From positions 576,001 through 640,000 of the forward strand of contig OZ251997.1 in assembly GCA_965247095.1 (NCBI GenBank): 64,000 nucleotides of DNA, written 5' to 3'. The stretch's first letter is position 1, and every line of letters starts with the position of its first letter. Positions 1-9,843 of the stretch are shown piece after piece. A model generated the notes under the pieces. The model had not been told where the DNA came from. It searched no databases and worked only from the letters and a program-made list of their open reading frames with translations. This DNA comes from Candidatus Multivorans sp. GTDB taxonomy: Bacteria > Acidobacteriota > Thermoanaerobaculia > Multivoradales > Multivoraceae. Both the position numbers and the translations under genes were made by a program.

Positions 1-457
1 ACTGGGCCGGAGGCTTGGGGCGGTTGCCGAGCTCCATCAGCGACCGTGGGCAGAACGTTGTGACGCCTTCCGAGAGGATGTGGAAACCGCCCTTGTTCCA
101 GCCGATCACCTTGCCCTCGACCGGGTTCTTCGCCTCGAGCGCGGCGGCGAAGGGGAGGGCGGCGGCCGCTAGTTCGACCACCGGGACCTCTTCGGGCTCG
201 GGCTCGGGTTCCTGCTTGGCTTCGGCCGTTGCCTGGACTTCGGCGTCCGGTTCGGCCTCGACCGGTTCCGGCTCGATCGCGTCCGGTTCGGCCTCGGTGG
301 ATGTCTCGACTTCGAGTTCGACGTTCTCGTTCGGCTCGGCCGTTGCTTCTATCTGGTCCATGGGCGCTTCGTCTTGACCTGCTGGCGGCGGCGGCTCAAG
401 GGGCACCTCGCCCTCCGCCGACACCTGAGCGAGCGCTGGATCGTTCGGCTCAGTCAT
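1..457 (-). CDS. S1 RNA-binding domain protein (ribosomal protein S1-like), 5' part; runs off the window edge
   Basis: Not in the ORF track. Hand translation from ATG 457 gives an acidic Pro/Glu N-terminus, then NPVEGKVIGWNKGGFHILSEGVTTFCPRSLM, an S1-domain pattern. Confidence 0.65.
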   Translation of the reverse strand, partial: MTEPNDPALAQVSAEGEVPLEPPPPAGQDEAPMDQIEATAEPNENVELEVETSTEAEPDAIEPEPVEAEPDAEVQATAEAKQEPEPEPEEVPVVELAAAALPFAAALEAKNPVEGKVIGWNKGGFHILSEGVTTFCPRSLMELGNRPKPPAQ

Positions 458-586
458 GGTGCTGGAGGGAGGACGCGGGCCGCAGCTTCGGGCGCGGACC
501 GTGATTGTAGCAGTCCGCTACGCAGATATCAGATCATGGACCAACCGCACTTCTTCGGCCCCGAACGGCCCCCGGACCGCCTCCGG

Positions 587-1363
587 TCAGTTTGGCTCGG
601 TTACGCCGGTGATTGCGCCCAACGTCGGGCCGATCTCGGCGTGGAGCACGAGGTCGGCAATCCCGTCGAGATCCGTGGCCTCGCGGTTCAGGATGACCAG
701 CCTGGCGCCGGCCTGCTTGGCCAGAGCGGGGAAGCTGGCCGCCGGGTAGACTACGAGGGAACTGCCGATCGCCAGGAAGAGATCGGCGGCCAGGGTTGCC
801 TCTTGGGCGCGTCGCATGGCGACCTCGGGCATTGCCTGCCCGAACGAGATCGTGGCGGTCTTGATGATGCCGCCGCAGGTCTCGCCGGCGAGGTTTTGCC
901 GCGTGCAGACCGGCAGTTCCTCCCGCTCGCGGAACGCGGCCACGATGGGATCGAGTTCGTAGCGCTGCCGGCACTCGAGGCAGGCGCCGTAGGTTGCGTT
1001 GCCGTGCAACTCGATCACCTCGTCGTCGGGGATGCCGGATTCCTGGTGCAGGCCGTCCACGTTCTGGGTGATCACGGCCCGGAGCTTGCCCAGGCGGCGG
1101 AGTTCGGCGAGCGCAAGGTGGCCGCGGTTCGGCCTCGCCTTGGACATGGTGCGGTCGCTGCCGATCTTGCGCCGCCACGACTCGCGTCGGGCCTCCTCGG
1201 AGGCGACGAACTCGCCGAAGTCGATCGGCTTGTACTTCGTCCAGATGCCGCCCGGGCTGCGGAAGTCGGGGATGCCCGACTCGGTGCTGATGCCCGCTCC
1301 CGTGAACGCGACGATCCCGGTCGCTTCGTTGATCAGACGTTCGAATTCCCGCACTTGGCTCAT
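587..1363 (-). CDS. cobB: Sir2-family NAD-dependent protein deacylase
   Basis: GAGISTESGIPDFRS, TQNVDGLH, ELHG, Zn-binding cysteines, GSSLVVYPAA. Confidence 0.92.
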   Translation of the reverse strand: MSQVREFERLINEATGIVAFTGAGISTESGIPDFRSPGGIWTKYKPIDFGEFVASEEARRESWRRKIGSDRTMSKARPNRGHLALAELRRLGKLRAVITQNVDGLHQESGIPDDEVIELHGNATYGACLECRQRYELDPIVAAFREREELPVCTRQNLAGETCGGIIKTATISFGQAMPEVAMRRAQEATLAADLFLAIGSSLVVYPAASFPALAKQAGARLVILNREATDLDGIADLVLHAEIGPTLGAITGVTEPN

Positions 1364-1414
1364 CGCGATCTCCCCGATTGTTCAGCCTGGTGGCCAGTCT
1401 ACGGCCTGGTCCCT

Positions 1415-1428
1415 ACCGACCGGTCGGT
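1415..1428. promoter_or_regulatory. Perfect 14-bp palindrome ACCGACCGGTCGGT, probable TetR-family operator
   Basis: Lies between divergent -10-like hexamers TAGACT (1396-1401, minus) and TACACT (1433-1438, plus); near copy at 60755-60772. Confidence 0.65.
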
Positions 1429-1499
1429 CTGTTACACTGCCGGCCGCCCGCGTATCAGTTGGATGGAACCGGCAACGCCGGAGGATAGAGAGAGTCAGT

Positions 1500-2330
1500 A
1501 TGTCTTTCCATAGCTTCACAGGCACGGACACCTACCTCGCCGCACCCGAACTCCGGGACTCGGTGAACGTCGCCGCAGCGCTCGAGAAGCCGCTCCTGGT
1601 CCGGGGCGAGCCCGGTACCGGCAAGACGGTTCTCGCCGAGGCGATCGCCGAGAACCTGGTCATGGAACTCCTGACCTGGAACATCAAGTCGACGAGCAAG
1701 GCCCAGGAGGGCCTCTACCTCTACGACACGGTGCAGCGGCTCAACGACGCCCGCTTCGGCGACAAGGACATCACGGACATCTCGCAGTACATCAAGTACG
1801 GCCCCCTCGGCCAGTCCTTCCTCACCGACCAGCGGGTCGTGCTGCTGATCGACGAGATCGACAAGGCGGACATGGAGTTTCCGAACGACCTGCTCCACGA
1901 GCTGGACCGGATGACCTTCTTCGTCAACGAGACGGGTAAGCGGCACAGCGCCAGGTTCCGGCCGATTGTGGTGATCACCTCGAACAACGAGAAGGAACTG
2001 CCGGACGCCTTCCTGCGCCGCTGCGTGTTCCACTACATCGCGTTCCCGGACAAGGTCGAGATGGAGAGCATCATCCGGGTGCATCACCCGGACGTGGAGG
2101 CTGAGCTGCTGCAGCAGGTTCTGCTGCGGTTCTACTGGCTGCGCGGTCTGCCCGAGATTCGCAAGAAGCCGTCCACCAGCGAGCTGATCGACTGGATCGC
2201 CGCCCTGCGCCGCGGCGGCGTGAGCACGGACGTGATCGAGAGTGAGCTACCCTTCCTGGGCGTGCTGATGAAGCGGGAGAACGACCTGGAGGCCGTGATG
2301 GCGGCGCACCGCCGCGGCCGGGTGAACTAG
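1500..2330 (+). CDS. MoxR-family AAA+ ATPase (CoxD-like)
   Basis: Walker A GEPGTGKT, Walker B LLIDEIDKAD, FPNDLLHEL, ELPDAFLRRC. Start moved to ATG 1500. Confidence 0.9.
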   Translation: MSFHSFTGTDTYLAAPELRDSVNVAAALEKPLLVRGEPGTGKTVLAEAIAENLVMELLTWNIKSTSKAQEGLYLYDTVQRLNDARFGDKDITDISQYIKYGPLGQSFLTDQRVVLLIDEIDKADMEFPNDLLHELDRMTFFVNETGKRHSARFRPIVVITSNNEKELPDAFLRRCVFHYIAFPDKVEMESIIRVHHPDVEAELLQQVLLRFYWLRGLPEIRKKPSTSELIDWIAALRRGGVSTDVIESELPFLGVLMKRENDLEAVMAAHRRGRVN

Positions 2331-2384
2331 GGTCGAACCGCAGCACCACACGGCAGCCCGAGCTCACTCGAACCAGCCCCAGCC

Positions 2385-3578
2385 ATGTTCGTCGATTTCT
2401 TCTACCACTTGAGAGGCTACGGCCTGAAGGTGACGATCACGGAGTGGCTCTCCCTGATGAAGGCGCTGTCGATCGGCTACAGCCGCGCCGACCTGCACGT
2501 CTTCTACAACCTGGCCCGCTGCCTGATGGTCAAGCGGGAGGCGGACTTCGACAACTACGACCGCGCCTTCGCCTCCTTCTTCATGGGGGTCGAGAATCAC
2601 TTCGACATCAGCGACGAGCTGCTGGAGTGGCTGTCCAAGCCGGAACTGCCGCGCGAGTTGACCGACGAGGAGCGCGCCAAGCTGGAGGCGCTCGATCTGG
2701 ACGAGCTGCGCGAGCGCTTCAAGGAGCTGCTCGATGAGCAGAAGGAGCGCCACGACGGCGGCAACCGCTGGATCGGGACGGGCGGCATGTCTCCCTTCGG
2801 CCACGGCGGCGAGCACCCCACCGGAGTTCGCATCGGTGGCGCCGGCGGCGGCCGTTCCGCGGTCCAGGTGGCGACCGACCGGCGCTTCCGCAACCTGCGC
2901 TCGGACCGCATCCTCGACACCCGGCAGATCGGGCTGGCGCTGCGCCGCCTGCGCAAGCTGGACAAGGACGAGGGCCCCGAGGAACTGGACATCGACGAGA
3001 CGATCGACAGGAGCGCCCGCAACGCCGGCGAGATCGACCTCGTGTTCCGTCCGCCGAAGCGCAACCGGATCAAGCTGCTGCTGCTGATCGATGTGGGCGG
3101 GTCGATGGATCCGCACACCCTGCTCTGCGAGCGGCTGTTCTCCGCCGCGCACAAGGCGAACCACTTCAAGAAGTTCGAGTTCAAGTTCTTCCACAACTGC
3201 GTGTACGAGAACCTGTACACGGACATCAGCCGCTGGAAGGGCGAACCGACTTCCCGGGTCCTCAAGCGCCTCGACCACACCTGGTCCGTGTGCTTGGTCG
3301 GCGATGCCTGGATGAGTCCCTACGAGTTGACCCACACCGGCGGCGCGATCGACTACTACCACAGCAACCAGGTCACCGGCCTCGACTGGCTGCGCAAGTT
3401 CCGCGACCGCTGCCCGAACTCGATCTGGCTCAATCCGGAGCCGCACCGGATTTGGAACGCCCCGACCATCCATCTGATCCGGCAGGTGTACCCGATGTTC
3501 GAGCTGACCATCGACGGTCTGACCGAGGGCATCGACGTACTCCGGGGAATCCGGCCGAATCGCGCGCTGGCGGCCTGA
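2385..3578 (+). CDS. VWA domain protein, CoxE-like partner of MoxR
   Basis: DVGGSMDPH MIDAS-like motif, FFHNCVYE, VGDAWMSPYEL, WIGTGGMSPFG; adjacent to MoxR. Confidence 0.85.
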   Translation: MFVDFFYHLRGYGLKVTITEWLSLMKALSIGYSRADLHVFYNLARCLMVKREADFDNYDRAFASFFMGVENHFDISDELLEWLSKPELPRELTDEERAKLEALDLDELRERFKELLDEQKERHDGGNRWIGTGGMSPFGHGGEHPTGVRIGGAGGGRSAVQVATDRRFRNLRSDRILDTRQIGLALRRLRKLDKDEGPEELDIDETIDRSARNAGEIDLVFRPPKRNRIKLLLLIDVGGSMDPHTLLCERLFSAAHKANHFKKFEFKFFHNCVYENLYTDISRWKGEPTSRVLKRLDHTWSVCLVGDAWMSPYELTHTGGAIDYYHSNQVTGLDWLRKFRDRCPNSIWLNPEPHRIWNAPTIHLIRQVYPMFELTIDGLTEGIDVLRGIRPNRALAA

Positions 3579-3667
3579 TCCAGAGCGAGCGTGTCAGCCG
3601 CTGCCTGGGCCCCGGAATGGACTCACGTCGTTGCGTTTCTGCGGCGCAAGCACCTAGACTGTAGTGA

Positions 3668-4624
3668 ATGGACGAGAAACGACCAGGGGAGGCCCCGTCC
3701 GCTGATTTCGGTTCGATGGGGAACGAGCCGGATCGCAGCGATCCGGTCTTCGATCTGCCCGCGAGCCTGAGCCGGGAGCCGCCTCCCGACGAACCGGAGA
3801 GCGCGGACCCGTACTTTGACGACCCGCACGGGGGGCCGCCGCCGGACCGCTCCGGGACGATAGCCGTCATCGTCATCGCCGGTCTGATTCTGCTTGGCGG
3901 CGGCGCGGTGATCTGGTGGTGGTTCAGCAGCCGCTCGGAAGAGACCGTCGATCCGAACGCCGCCGCTGCGGCGGTTGAAGCACCGGCGGCCGCCGAACCA
4001 GCCGCGGCGCCGGTGGCTGCCGACCCACCCGCCCCGGAAACGCCGGCGCCTCCGGCCCTGTCCGAGAGCGATTCCCTGGTTCGGGACGTCGTGGGCGGCC
4101 TGTCGCAGCACGCTCAGTGGCTGGCATGGCTGGTTCCCGAGGAACTGGCGATGAACTTCGTGCGCGTGGTCGGCGCCGTGGCCTACGATGAGCCGCCCCA
4201 GTCCAGCCTGGAGCCGCTGCGGCCCGAGGAGGGATTCAGCGTCGTGCGGCGGGGTCAGCGCTTCTACCCGGCCGAGACGAGTTTTCGCCGCTACGACCTG
4301 GCGGTCGAGGTCCTCGACTCGATCGATGTCGCCGGCGCCGCTCGCGCCTATGAGCGCCTGGCGCCGTTGTTCGAGAAGGCGCATGACGAGTTCGGATACC
4401 CCAACGAATTCGGCGACACTCTGGAACTGGCGGCAACGAGGCTACTGGCGACACCGATCCCGGACGCTCTGCCGGAACTTCGGTTGCGGGTCATCAGCTT
4501 CGAGTACGTCGATCCTGGGCTCGAGGGGTTGAGCCCGGCCCAGAAGCTCCTGCTGCGCCTGGGGCCGGACAACGGCGACCGTGTGCGGGCCAAGGTCAGG
4601 GAGCTGTACGGGGCGCTGCAGTAG
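3668..4624 (+). CDS. DUF3014-like membrane-anchored protein
   Basis: Single TM segment, Pro/Ala linker, LSESDSLVR, C-terminal YVDPGLEGLSPAQKLLLRLGPDN. Confidence 0.75.
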   Translation: MDEKRPGEAPSADFGSMGNEPDRSDPVFDLPASLSREPPPDEPESADPYFDDPHGGPPPDRSGTIAVIVIAGLILLGGGAVIWWWFSSRSEETVDPNAAAAAVEAPAAAEPAAAPVAADPPAPETPAPPALSESDSLVRDVVGGLSQHAQWLAWLVPEELAMNFVRVVGAVAYDEPPQSSLEPLRPEEGFSVVRRGQRFYPAETSFRRYDLAVEVLDSIDVAGAARAYERLAPLFEKAHDEFGYPNEFGDTLELAATRLLATPIPDALPELRLRVISFEYVDPGLEGLSPAQKLLLRLGPDNGDRVRAKVRELYGALQ

Positions 4625-4630
4625 TTCCGG

Positions 4631-6217
4631 TCACTCGAGTTCCCCGCCATCGAGGGCGCGGCGCTGAGCTTCCGCATACCGGGGCAGCATCCGGTCGTAG
4701 ATGGCGACCGCTTCGGGGCGCGGTGCGGCGGAGGGCCCCGGTTCGGCGGCCGGCGGTAGCGGGTACGGTCTGCGGCCGGTCGCACGTAGAGCGGCGCCCA
4801 GGGCGGCGCCGTCGCTCACCTCGTGTCCCTCGATGCGGCAGCCCATGACATCGGCGGCGACCTGTAGCAGTTCCCGGTTGCGGGAACCGCCGCCAGTGGC
4901 CACGATGCGACTCGGCCGGGTGGCCATCCATTCCGAGTTGAGCCGCATCGACAGGAACTGCCCCTCGACCACGGCACGGCAGTTGCGCGCGGCCTGCTCG
5001 GGCGCGTCCGCGAGGCCGCCCAGCCTGATGACGCGCGGCGACGCCACGCGCGGGACGATCTCCGGTTCGAACCAGGGCAGCATCATCATGCCGTCGTTGC
5101 CCGGCGGCGTTGCCCGCAGGGCGTCCTCGAAGGCCTGCCAGTCGAGACCGTGGCGGTTCCGCACCGCCTCGCGCGCGAGCGACCCGTTGCGGAAACAGAC
5201 CAGGCTCATCGGGTGTCCGCTCGGTGCGATGAAGACGTGGCCGCCCCGGTCCGGATCGACGGCGACGTTGGCCAGCAGGCAGAAGTAGGTATCGCTCGTT
5301 CCCAGACTCAACACCGCCTCGCCCGGCTCTCTCATGCCCACGCCGACCAGGGAACAGGGGTTGTCGCCGGCGCCGATGACCACCTGGGCGTCCGCGGGGA
5401 GGCCGTGCCGGGCCACGAAGTAGGGAGCGATCGCACCGATAACCGTCCAGGGCGGCTGGGACGGCAGCAGGCGCCTGCGCAGCCCCTCCGCGGTGGCGGC
5501 GAGGGCCGTCTCGGACCACTCGCGCCGGCGGATGTCGAGCAGGTTCATGCCGGCGCCGTCACCGTGGTCGATCGGCGCCAGCCGGCCGGCCAGGGCCGAG
5601 GTCACGAAGGAACTGACCAGGCACACGTGAGCCGTGCGGCGCCATGCCTCGGGTTCGGTCTGGGCGAAGCGACGGATCTGGGGACCCGTGAAGCGTTCGA
5701 AGGTGTCGCTGCCGGTGAGCTCTGCTGTTGCCGCGGGGCCACCGAGTGCGCGGCGGATCTCTGCGCACTCGCGTTGGGTGGAGGAGTCCGTCCAGATCGG
5801 CGCTTCGGCACGCGAGAGCAGCGGTTCGACCTGCTGGGCCAAGTTTCGCTCGGGCGAGAGAGCCTGGAGCGCCGCATCGGCGCCCGCCCGAAGGTAGACC
5901 GAGCCGTGCTGCTGGCCGGACACCGACACGCCGCGGACATTCCGGCAAGCCGCTGTACCCAGCCTCTCGAGCGCCAGGTCCAGCGCTTCGAGCCACATGC
6001 ACGGCGGTACCCGCCCGATGGCCGGATTCTCGTTGGGGAGCTGGCCGTTGACGGTGCCGTACGCCGGCAGTTCCGAGTCGTAGTGGACGCCGGCGCGGGC
6101 GGCGATGCGGCGCGCCCGGTCCTCGCCTTCGCCATCCGGCAACGGCGCCTCAACCAGGATCGCGGTCAGACTCTGCGTGCTGACGTCGATCCCGAGGTAC
6201 AGGGGACCGGAACTCAC
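4631..6217 (-). CDS. xylB: Xylulokinase (FGGY kinase, eukaryote XYLB-type)
   Basis: LYLGIDVSTQS, SGQQHGSV, ERFTGPQI, GDNP, SLGTSDT, NGSLARE; GTG start overlaps xylA stop (GTGA). Confidence 0.88.
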   Translation of the reverse strand: MSSGPLYLGIDVSTQSLTAILVEAPLPDGEGEDRARRIAARAGVHYDSELPAYGTVNGQLPNENPAIGRVPPCMWLEALDLALERLGTAACRNVRGVSVSGQQHGSVYLRAGADAALQALSPERNLAQQVEPLLSRAEAPIWTDSSTQRECAEIRRALGGPAATAELTGSDTFERFTGPQIRRFAQTEPEAWRRTAHVCLVSSFVTSALAGRLAPIDHGDGAGMNLLDIRRREWSETALAATAEGLRRRLLPSQPPWTVIGAIAPYFVARHGLPADAQVVIGAGDNPCSLVGVGMREPGEAVLSLGTSDTYFCLLANVAVDPDRGGHVFIAPSGHPMSLVCFRNGSLAREAVRNRHGLDWQAFEDALRATPPGNDGMMMLPWFEPEIVPRVASPRVIRLGGLADAPEQAARNCRAVVEGQFLSMRLNSEWMATRPSRIVATGGGSRNRELLQVAADVMGCRIEGHEVSDGAALGAALRATGRRPYPLPPAAEPGPSAAPRPEAVAIYDRMLPRYAEAQRRALDGGELE

Positions 6218-7578
6218 TCGATGTGGGTGCTGTACAGGTAGTCGTTCAGGATGCTCTCGAGCTCCTCCTGCCGGCCGCTCGTCCTGGGCGGTTCGCCGAG
6301 CCCGCCGGCCCACTCCTCCAGCTCCTCGAGAGTGGTCTCGCCGGCCATGAGCTTGCGTCCCAGGCCGCGGCGGTAGCCGGCGTAGCGCTGCCGGATGCGC
6401 TTGCCGGCCAGGCCCAGGACGCCGTCGCGCTTGATCCGGTCGACGATCAGGAGCGCCTTTGCGAACACGTCCATCGACGCGATGTGGGCGTAGAACAGGT
6501 CGACCGTGTCGAAGGAGCCGCGCCGCACCTTGGCGTCGAAGTTCAGGCCGCCCCAGCGCAGGCCGCCCTGACCGCGAATGATGAGCAGGGCGAGGACGCA
6601 CTCGCGCAGGCTCATGGCGAAGTTGTCCGTGTCCCAGCCGACGCCTTCCAGGCCGCGGTTGATGTCGACGCTGCCGAGCATGCCGGCGCCCGCCGCGGTC
6701 GCCAGTTCGTGCTCGAAGGAGTGGGTGGCGAGCGTCGCGTGATTCGCCTCGACGTTGAGTAGAAGATCGCCCATCAGGTCGAACTCGCGCAGGAAGTTCA
6801 GGCAGTGCGCGCAGTCGAAGTCGTACTGGTGGACCGAGGGCTCCTTCGCCTTGGGCTCGAGGAAGAACTTGCCCTCGAAGCCCTGACGCCGCGCGTAGTC
6901 GACGGCGAGCCGGAGGAAGGCGGCCATCTGCTCGCGTTCGCGGCGCATGTCCGTGTTGATCAGCGACGTGTAGCCCTCACGGCCGCCCCAGAACACGTAG
7001 CCGGTGCCGTCGAGCTCGATCGTGGCGTCGATTGCGCTCCGGACCTGGGCCGCGGCGTGGGCGAAGACCCGGGGGTCGGGGTTGGTCGCCGCGCCGTGCG
7101 TGTAGCGGGGGTGGCCGAACAGGTTGGCGGTGCCCCAGAGCAGTTTGACGCCGGTCTCGCGCTGCCTGACCTGAGCCAATTGGACGATCTCCTCCAGGTA
7201 CTCGTTGCTCTCGGCAACCGAGCGGCCCTCGGGCGCGATGTCCCGGTCGTGGAAGCAGTAGTAGCGCACGCCGAGCTTGGTGAAGAACTCGAACGCGGCG
7301 TTGAGCGTCCGCTGGGCGACCTGGATCGGGGTCGGCGCGTGGTTCCAGGGGCGGTCGTACACCGGATCCGGTCCGAACGGATCCTGGCCGCCGCCCTTGA
7401 AGGTGTGCCAGTAGGCGACCGCGAACTTGAGTTGCCGCTCCATCGTGGTGCGGCCGACCTTGCGCGTGCGGTCGTAGTACTTGAACGCTAGCGGGTCGCG
7501 GCTGTCCGGCCCGTGGAACGGAATCGCCTTCTGGATCTCCGGGAAGAACGGCTCGACTTCGGGGAAGAAGGGGGTCAT
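6214..7578 (-). CDS. xylA: Xylose isomerase (class II)
   Basis: FAVAYWHTF, FHDRD, WGGREG, LEPKAKEP..HQYDFD, EANHA, GWDTD, NFDAKVRR; ATG at 7578. Confidence 0.95.
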   Translation of the reverse strand: MTPFFPEVEPFFPEIQKAIPFHGPDSRDPLAFKYYDRTRKVGRTTMERQLKFAVAYWHTFKGGGQDPFGPDPVYDRPWNHAPTPIQVAQRTLNAAFEFFTKLGVRYYCFHDRDIAPEGRSVAESNEYLEEIVQLAQVRQRETGVKLLWGTANLFGHPRYTHGAATNPDPRVFAHAAAQVRSAIDATIELDGTGYVFWGGREGYTSLINTDMRREREQMAAFLRLAVDYARRQGFEGKFFLEPKAKEPSVHQYDFDCAHCLNFLREFDLMGDLLLNVEANHATLATHSFEHELATAAGAGMLGSVDINRGLEGVGWDTDNFAMSLRECVLALLIIRGQGGLRWGGLNFDAKVRRGSFDTVDLFYAHIASMDVFAKALLIVDRIKRDGVLGLAGKRIRQRYAGYRRGLGRKLMAGETTLEELEEWAGGLGEPPRTSGRQEELESILNDYLYSTHIE

Positions 7579-7610
7579 CGAACTGCGAGCAGCCTCCGTT
7601 GAAGGGTTAC

Positions 7611-8606
7611 TCAGTTGTCCTCGAACGCGGCGTCGAAGGCGATCGCCGAGGGTGCGAAATCGAGCGCCCTGACGAAGTCGGCCGCTTCGGCGGCGCCGTG
7701 CTCTCGGTCCATGCCGGAGTCCTCCCACTCGACGGAGAGCGGACCGTCGTAGCCGATGTCGTTGAGCGCACGGATGATCTCCTCGAAGTCGACCGAGCCG
7801 CGGCCGGGCGAGCGGAAGTCCCAGAACCGGCGGTGGTCGCCGAAGTTCGTGTGGCCGCCGAAGACGCCGCAGGGCTTGGGCCCGTCGGACCACCAGGCGT
7901 CCTTGATGTGGACGTGGAAGATGCGGTCGCCGAAGCGGCGGATGAAGTCCACGTAGTCGACGCCCTGGTAGCCGAGGTGGCTGGGGTCGTAGTTGAAGCC
8001 GAAGGCCGGGTGACCGCCCACCGCCTCGATGGCGCGCTCGGCGCTGACGGTGTCGAAGGCGATCTCGGTCGGGTGCACCTCCAGCCCGAAGCGCACGCCG
8101 AGCTCCTGGTAGGCGTCGAGGATCGGCGTCCAGCGGGCGGCAAAGTCGGCGAACCCGTCGTCGATCATCGCCGGCGGCACCGGCGGGAACGAGTAGAGCA
8201 GGTGCCAGATCGAGCTCCCGACGAACCCGTTCACCACCTCGAGACCGAGGGCCTTGGCCGCTTCGCCGGTGCGGATCATCTCGTCGGCAGCCCTCCTGCG
8301 GACATCCTCCGGGTCGCCGTTGCCCCAGACATGCGGCGGCAGGATCGCCTCGTGCCGGGCATCGATGCGGTCGCAAACGGCCTGACCCACCAGGTGATTG
8401 CTGATCGCGAACAGTTCGAGACCGTGCTGCTCAAGCAGTTCGCGCCGCGAGGCCGCGTAGGAGTCGTCGCAGCGGTCGACTTCGACGTGGTCGCCCCAGC
8501 AGGCGAGTTCCACGCCGTCGTATCCGAGGTCGCGCGCCAGCGGGCAGAGGTCGGCGACCGGCAGATCGGCCCACTGGCCGGTGAAGAGGGTTACGGGTCG
8601 GGCCAC
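7611..8606 (-). CDS. Sugar phosphate isomerase/epimerase (xylose-isomerase-like TIM barrel)
   Basis: [47 protein letters not shown]. Confidence 0.88.
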   Translation of the reverse strand: MARPVTLFTGQWADLPVADLCPLARDLGYDGVELACWGDHVEVDRCDDSYAASRRELLEQHGLELFAISNHLVGQAVCDRIDARHEAILPPHVWGNGDPEDVRRRAADEMIRTGEAAKALGLEVVNGFVGSSIWHLLYSFPPVPPAMIDDGFADFAARWTPILDAYQELGVRFGLEVHPTEIAFDTVSAERAIEAVGGHPAFGFNYDPSHLGYQGVDYVDFIRRFGDRIFHVHIKDAWWSDGPKPCGVFGGHTNFGDHRRFWDFRSPGRGSVDFEEIIRALNDIGYDGPLSVEWEDSGMDREHGAAEAADFVRALDFAPSAIAFDAAFEDN

Positions 8607-8666
8607 GGTGCGTCTCCTACGGGTTGCTGCTTCCGTTTCGGTTCGGGTTCGGCGCCTGCCGCTGCG

Positions 8667-9824
8667 TCAGCCCGGCATCCTGAGCCACTTCTGATCGCTC
8701 TGGCTGCTCGCGACCACGGTCTCGATGAACTGCATCCCGCGCAGGCCGTCGTGGACGGTGGGGAAGTCGAGCATCGTCGGGTCGGGTTCGACTCCGCGCC
8801 GGCGGCAGTCGAGGGTCCGGGCGAAGTTCCGGTACAGGTTGGCGAACGCCTCGAGGAAGCCCTCGGGGTGGCCGGCCGGCAGCCTCGTGTGCGCCGCGGC
8901 GTCGTCGCACAAACCCTGGCCGGAAGTCCGCAGGATCTCACGCGGACGATCGAGCCACTTGAGGATCAGCGTGTTCGGCTCTTCCTGGCGCCACTCGAGA
9001 CCCCCGGTTTCACCGTAGACCCGGATCGCCAGCGCGTTCTCCTCGTCGATGGAGATCTGGGAGGCGTAGAGAACGCCGCGGGCCCCGTTGTCGAAGCGCA
9101 GCAGCACGTTGCCGTCGTCCTCCAGCGGCCGGCCGTCGACGAAGGTGGTCAGGTCGGCGCACAGGGACTCGATGCGGAGGCCGGTGATCGCCTCGGCGAG
9201 GTTCTCGGCGTGCGTTCCGATGTCGCCGATGCAGCAACTGATGCCGGCGCGTTCCGGGTCGGTGCGCCAGTCCGCCTGCTTCTGGCCCTCCGCTTCGAGT
9301 TCGGTGGCGAGCCAGCCCTGCGGATACTCGACGACGATCTTGCGCACCTTGCCGAGCTGACCGCTCCGGACCCGGTGCCGGGCCTCCTTGACCATCGGGT
9401 AGCCGGTGTAGTTGTGGGTCAGGCCGAAGACGAGGCCGGTCCGTTCGACTGTTGCCACCAGGGCCTCGGCCTCGGCCGCCGACTTCGTCATCGGCTTGTC
9501 GCTCATCACATGAAAGCCGGCTTCGAGCGCCGCCGACGCGACTGGAAAGTGCATGTGGTTCGGGGTGACGATGGAGACGAAGTCCATGCGCTCGGACGGG
9601 TCCAGGCGGGCTTCGCGCTCCATCATCTCCTGGTAGGCGCCGTAGCACCGCTCGGGCGGCAGGAAGAGGTCGGCGCCGGAGGCCCGCGAACGCGCCGGGT
9701 CCGAACTGAAGGCGCCGCCGACGAGCTCGATCAGCCCGTCGAGGCCGGCCGCCATGCGGTGGACGGCGCCGATGAAGGCGCCCTGGCCGCCGCCGACCAT
9801 GCCCATGCGGATCTTCCGTTCCAT
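8667..9824 (-). CDS. Gfo/Idh/MocA-family NAD-dependent oxidoreductase
   Basis: [46 protein letters not shown]. Confidence 0.92.
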   Translation of the reverse strand: MERKIRMGMVGGGQGAFIGAVHRMAAGLDGLIELVGGAFSSDPARSRASGADLFLPPERCYGAYQEMMEREARLDPSERMDFVSIVTPNHMHFPVASAALEAGFHVMSDKPMTKSAAEAEALVATVERTGLVFGLTHNYTGYPMVKEARHRVRSGQLGKVRKIVVEYPQGWLATELEAEGQKQADWRTDPERAGISCCIGDIGTHAENLAEAITGLRIESLCADLTTFVDGRPLEDDGNVLLRFDNGARGVLYASQISIDEENALAIRVYGETGGLEWRQEEPNTLILKWLDRPREILRTSGQGLCDDAAAHTRLPAGHPEGFLEAFANLYRNFARTLDCRRRGVEPDPTMLDFPTVHDGLRGMQFIETVVASSQSDQKWLRMPG

Positions 9825-9843
9825 CGCGCGCTCTTCTGAGCGG

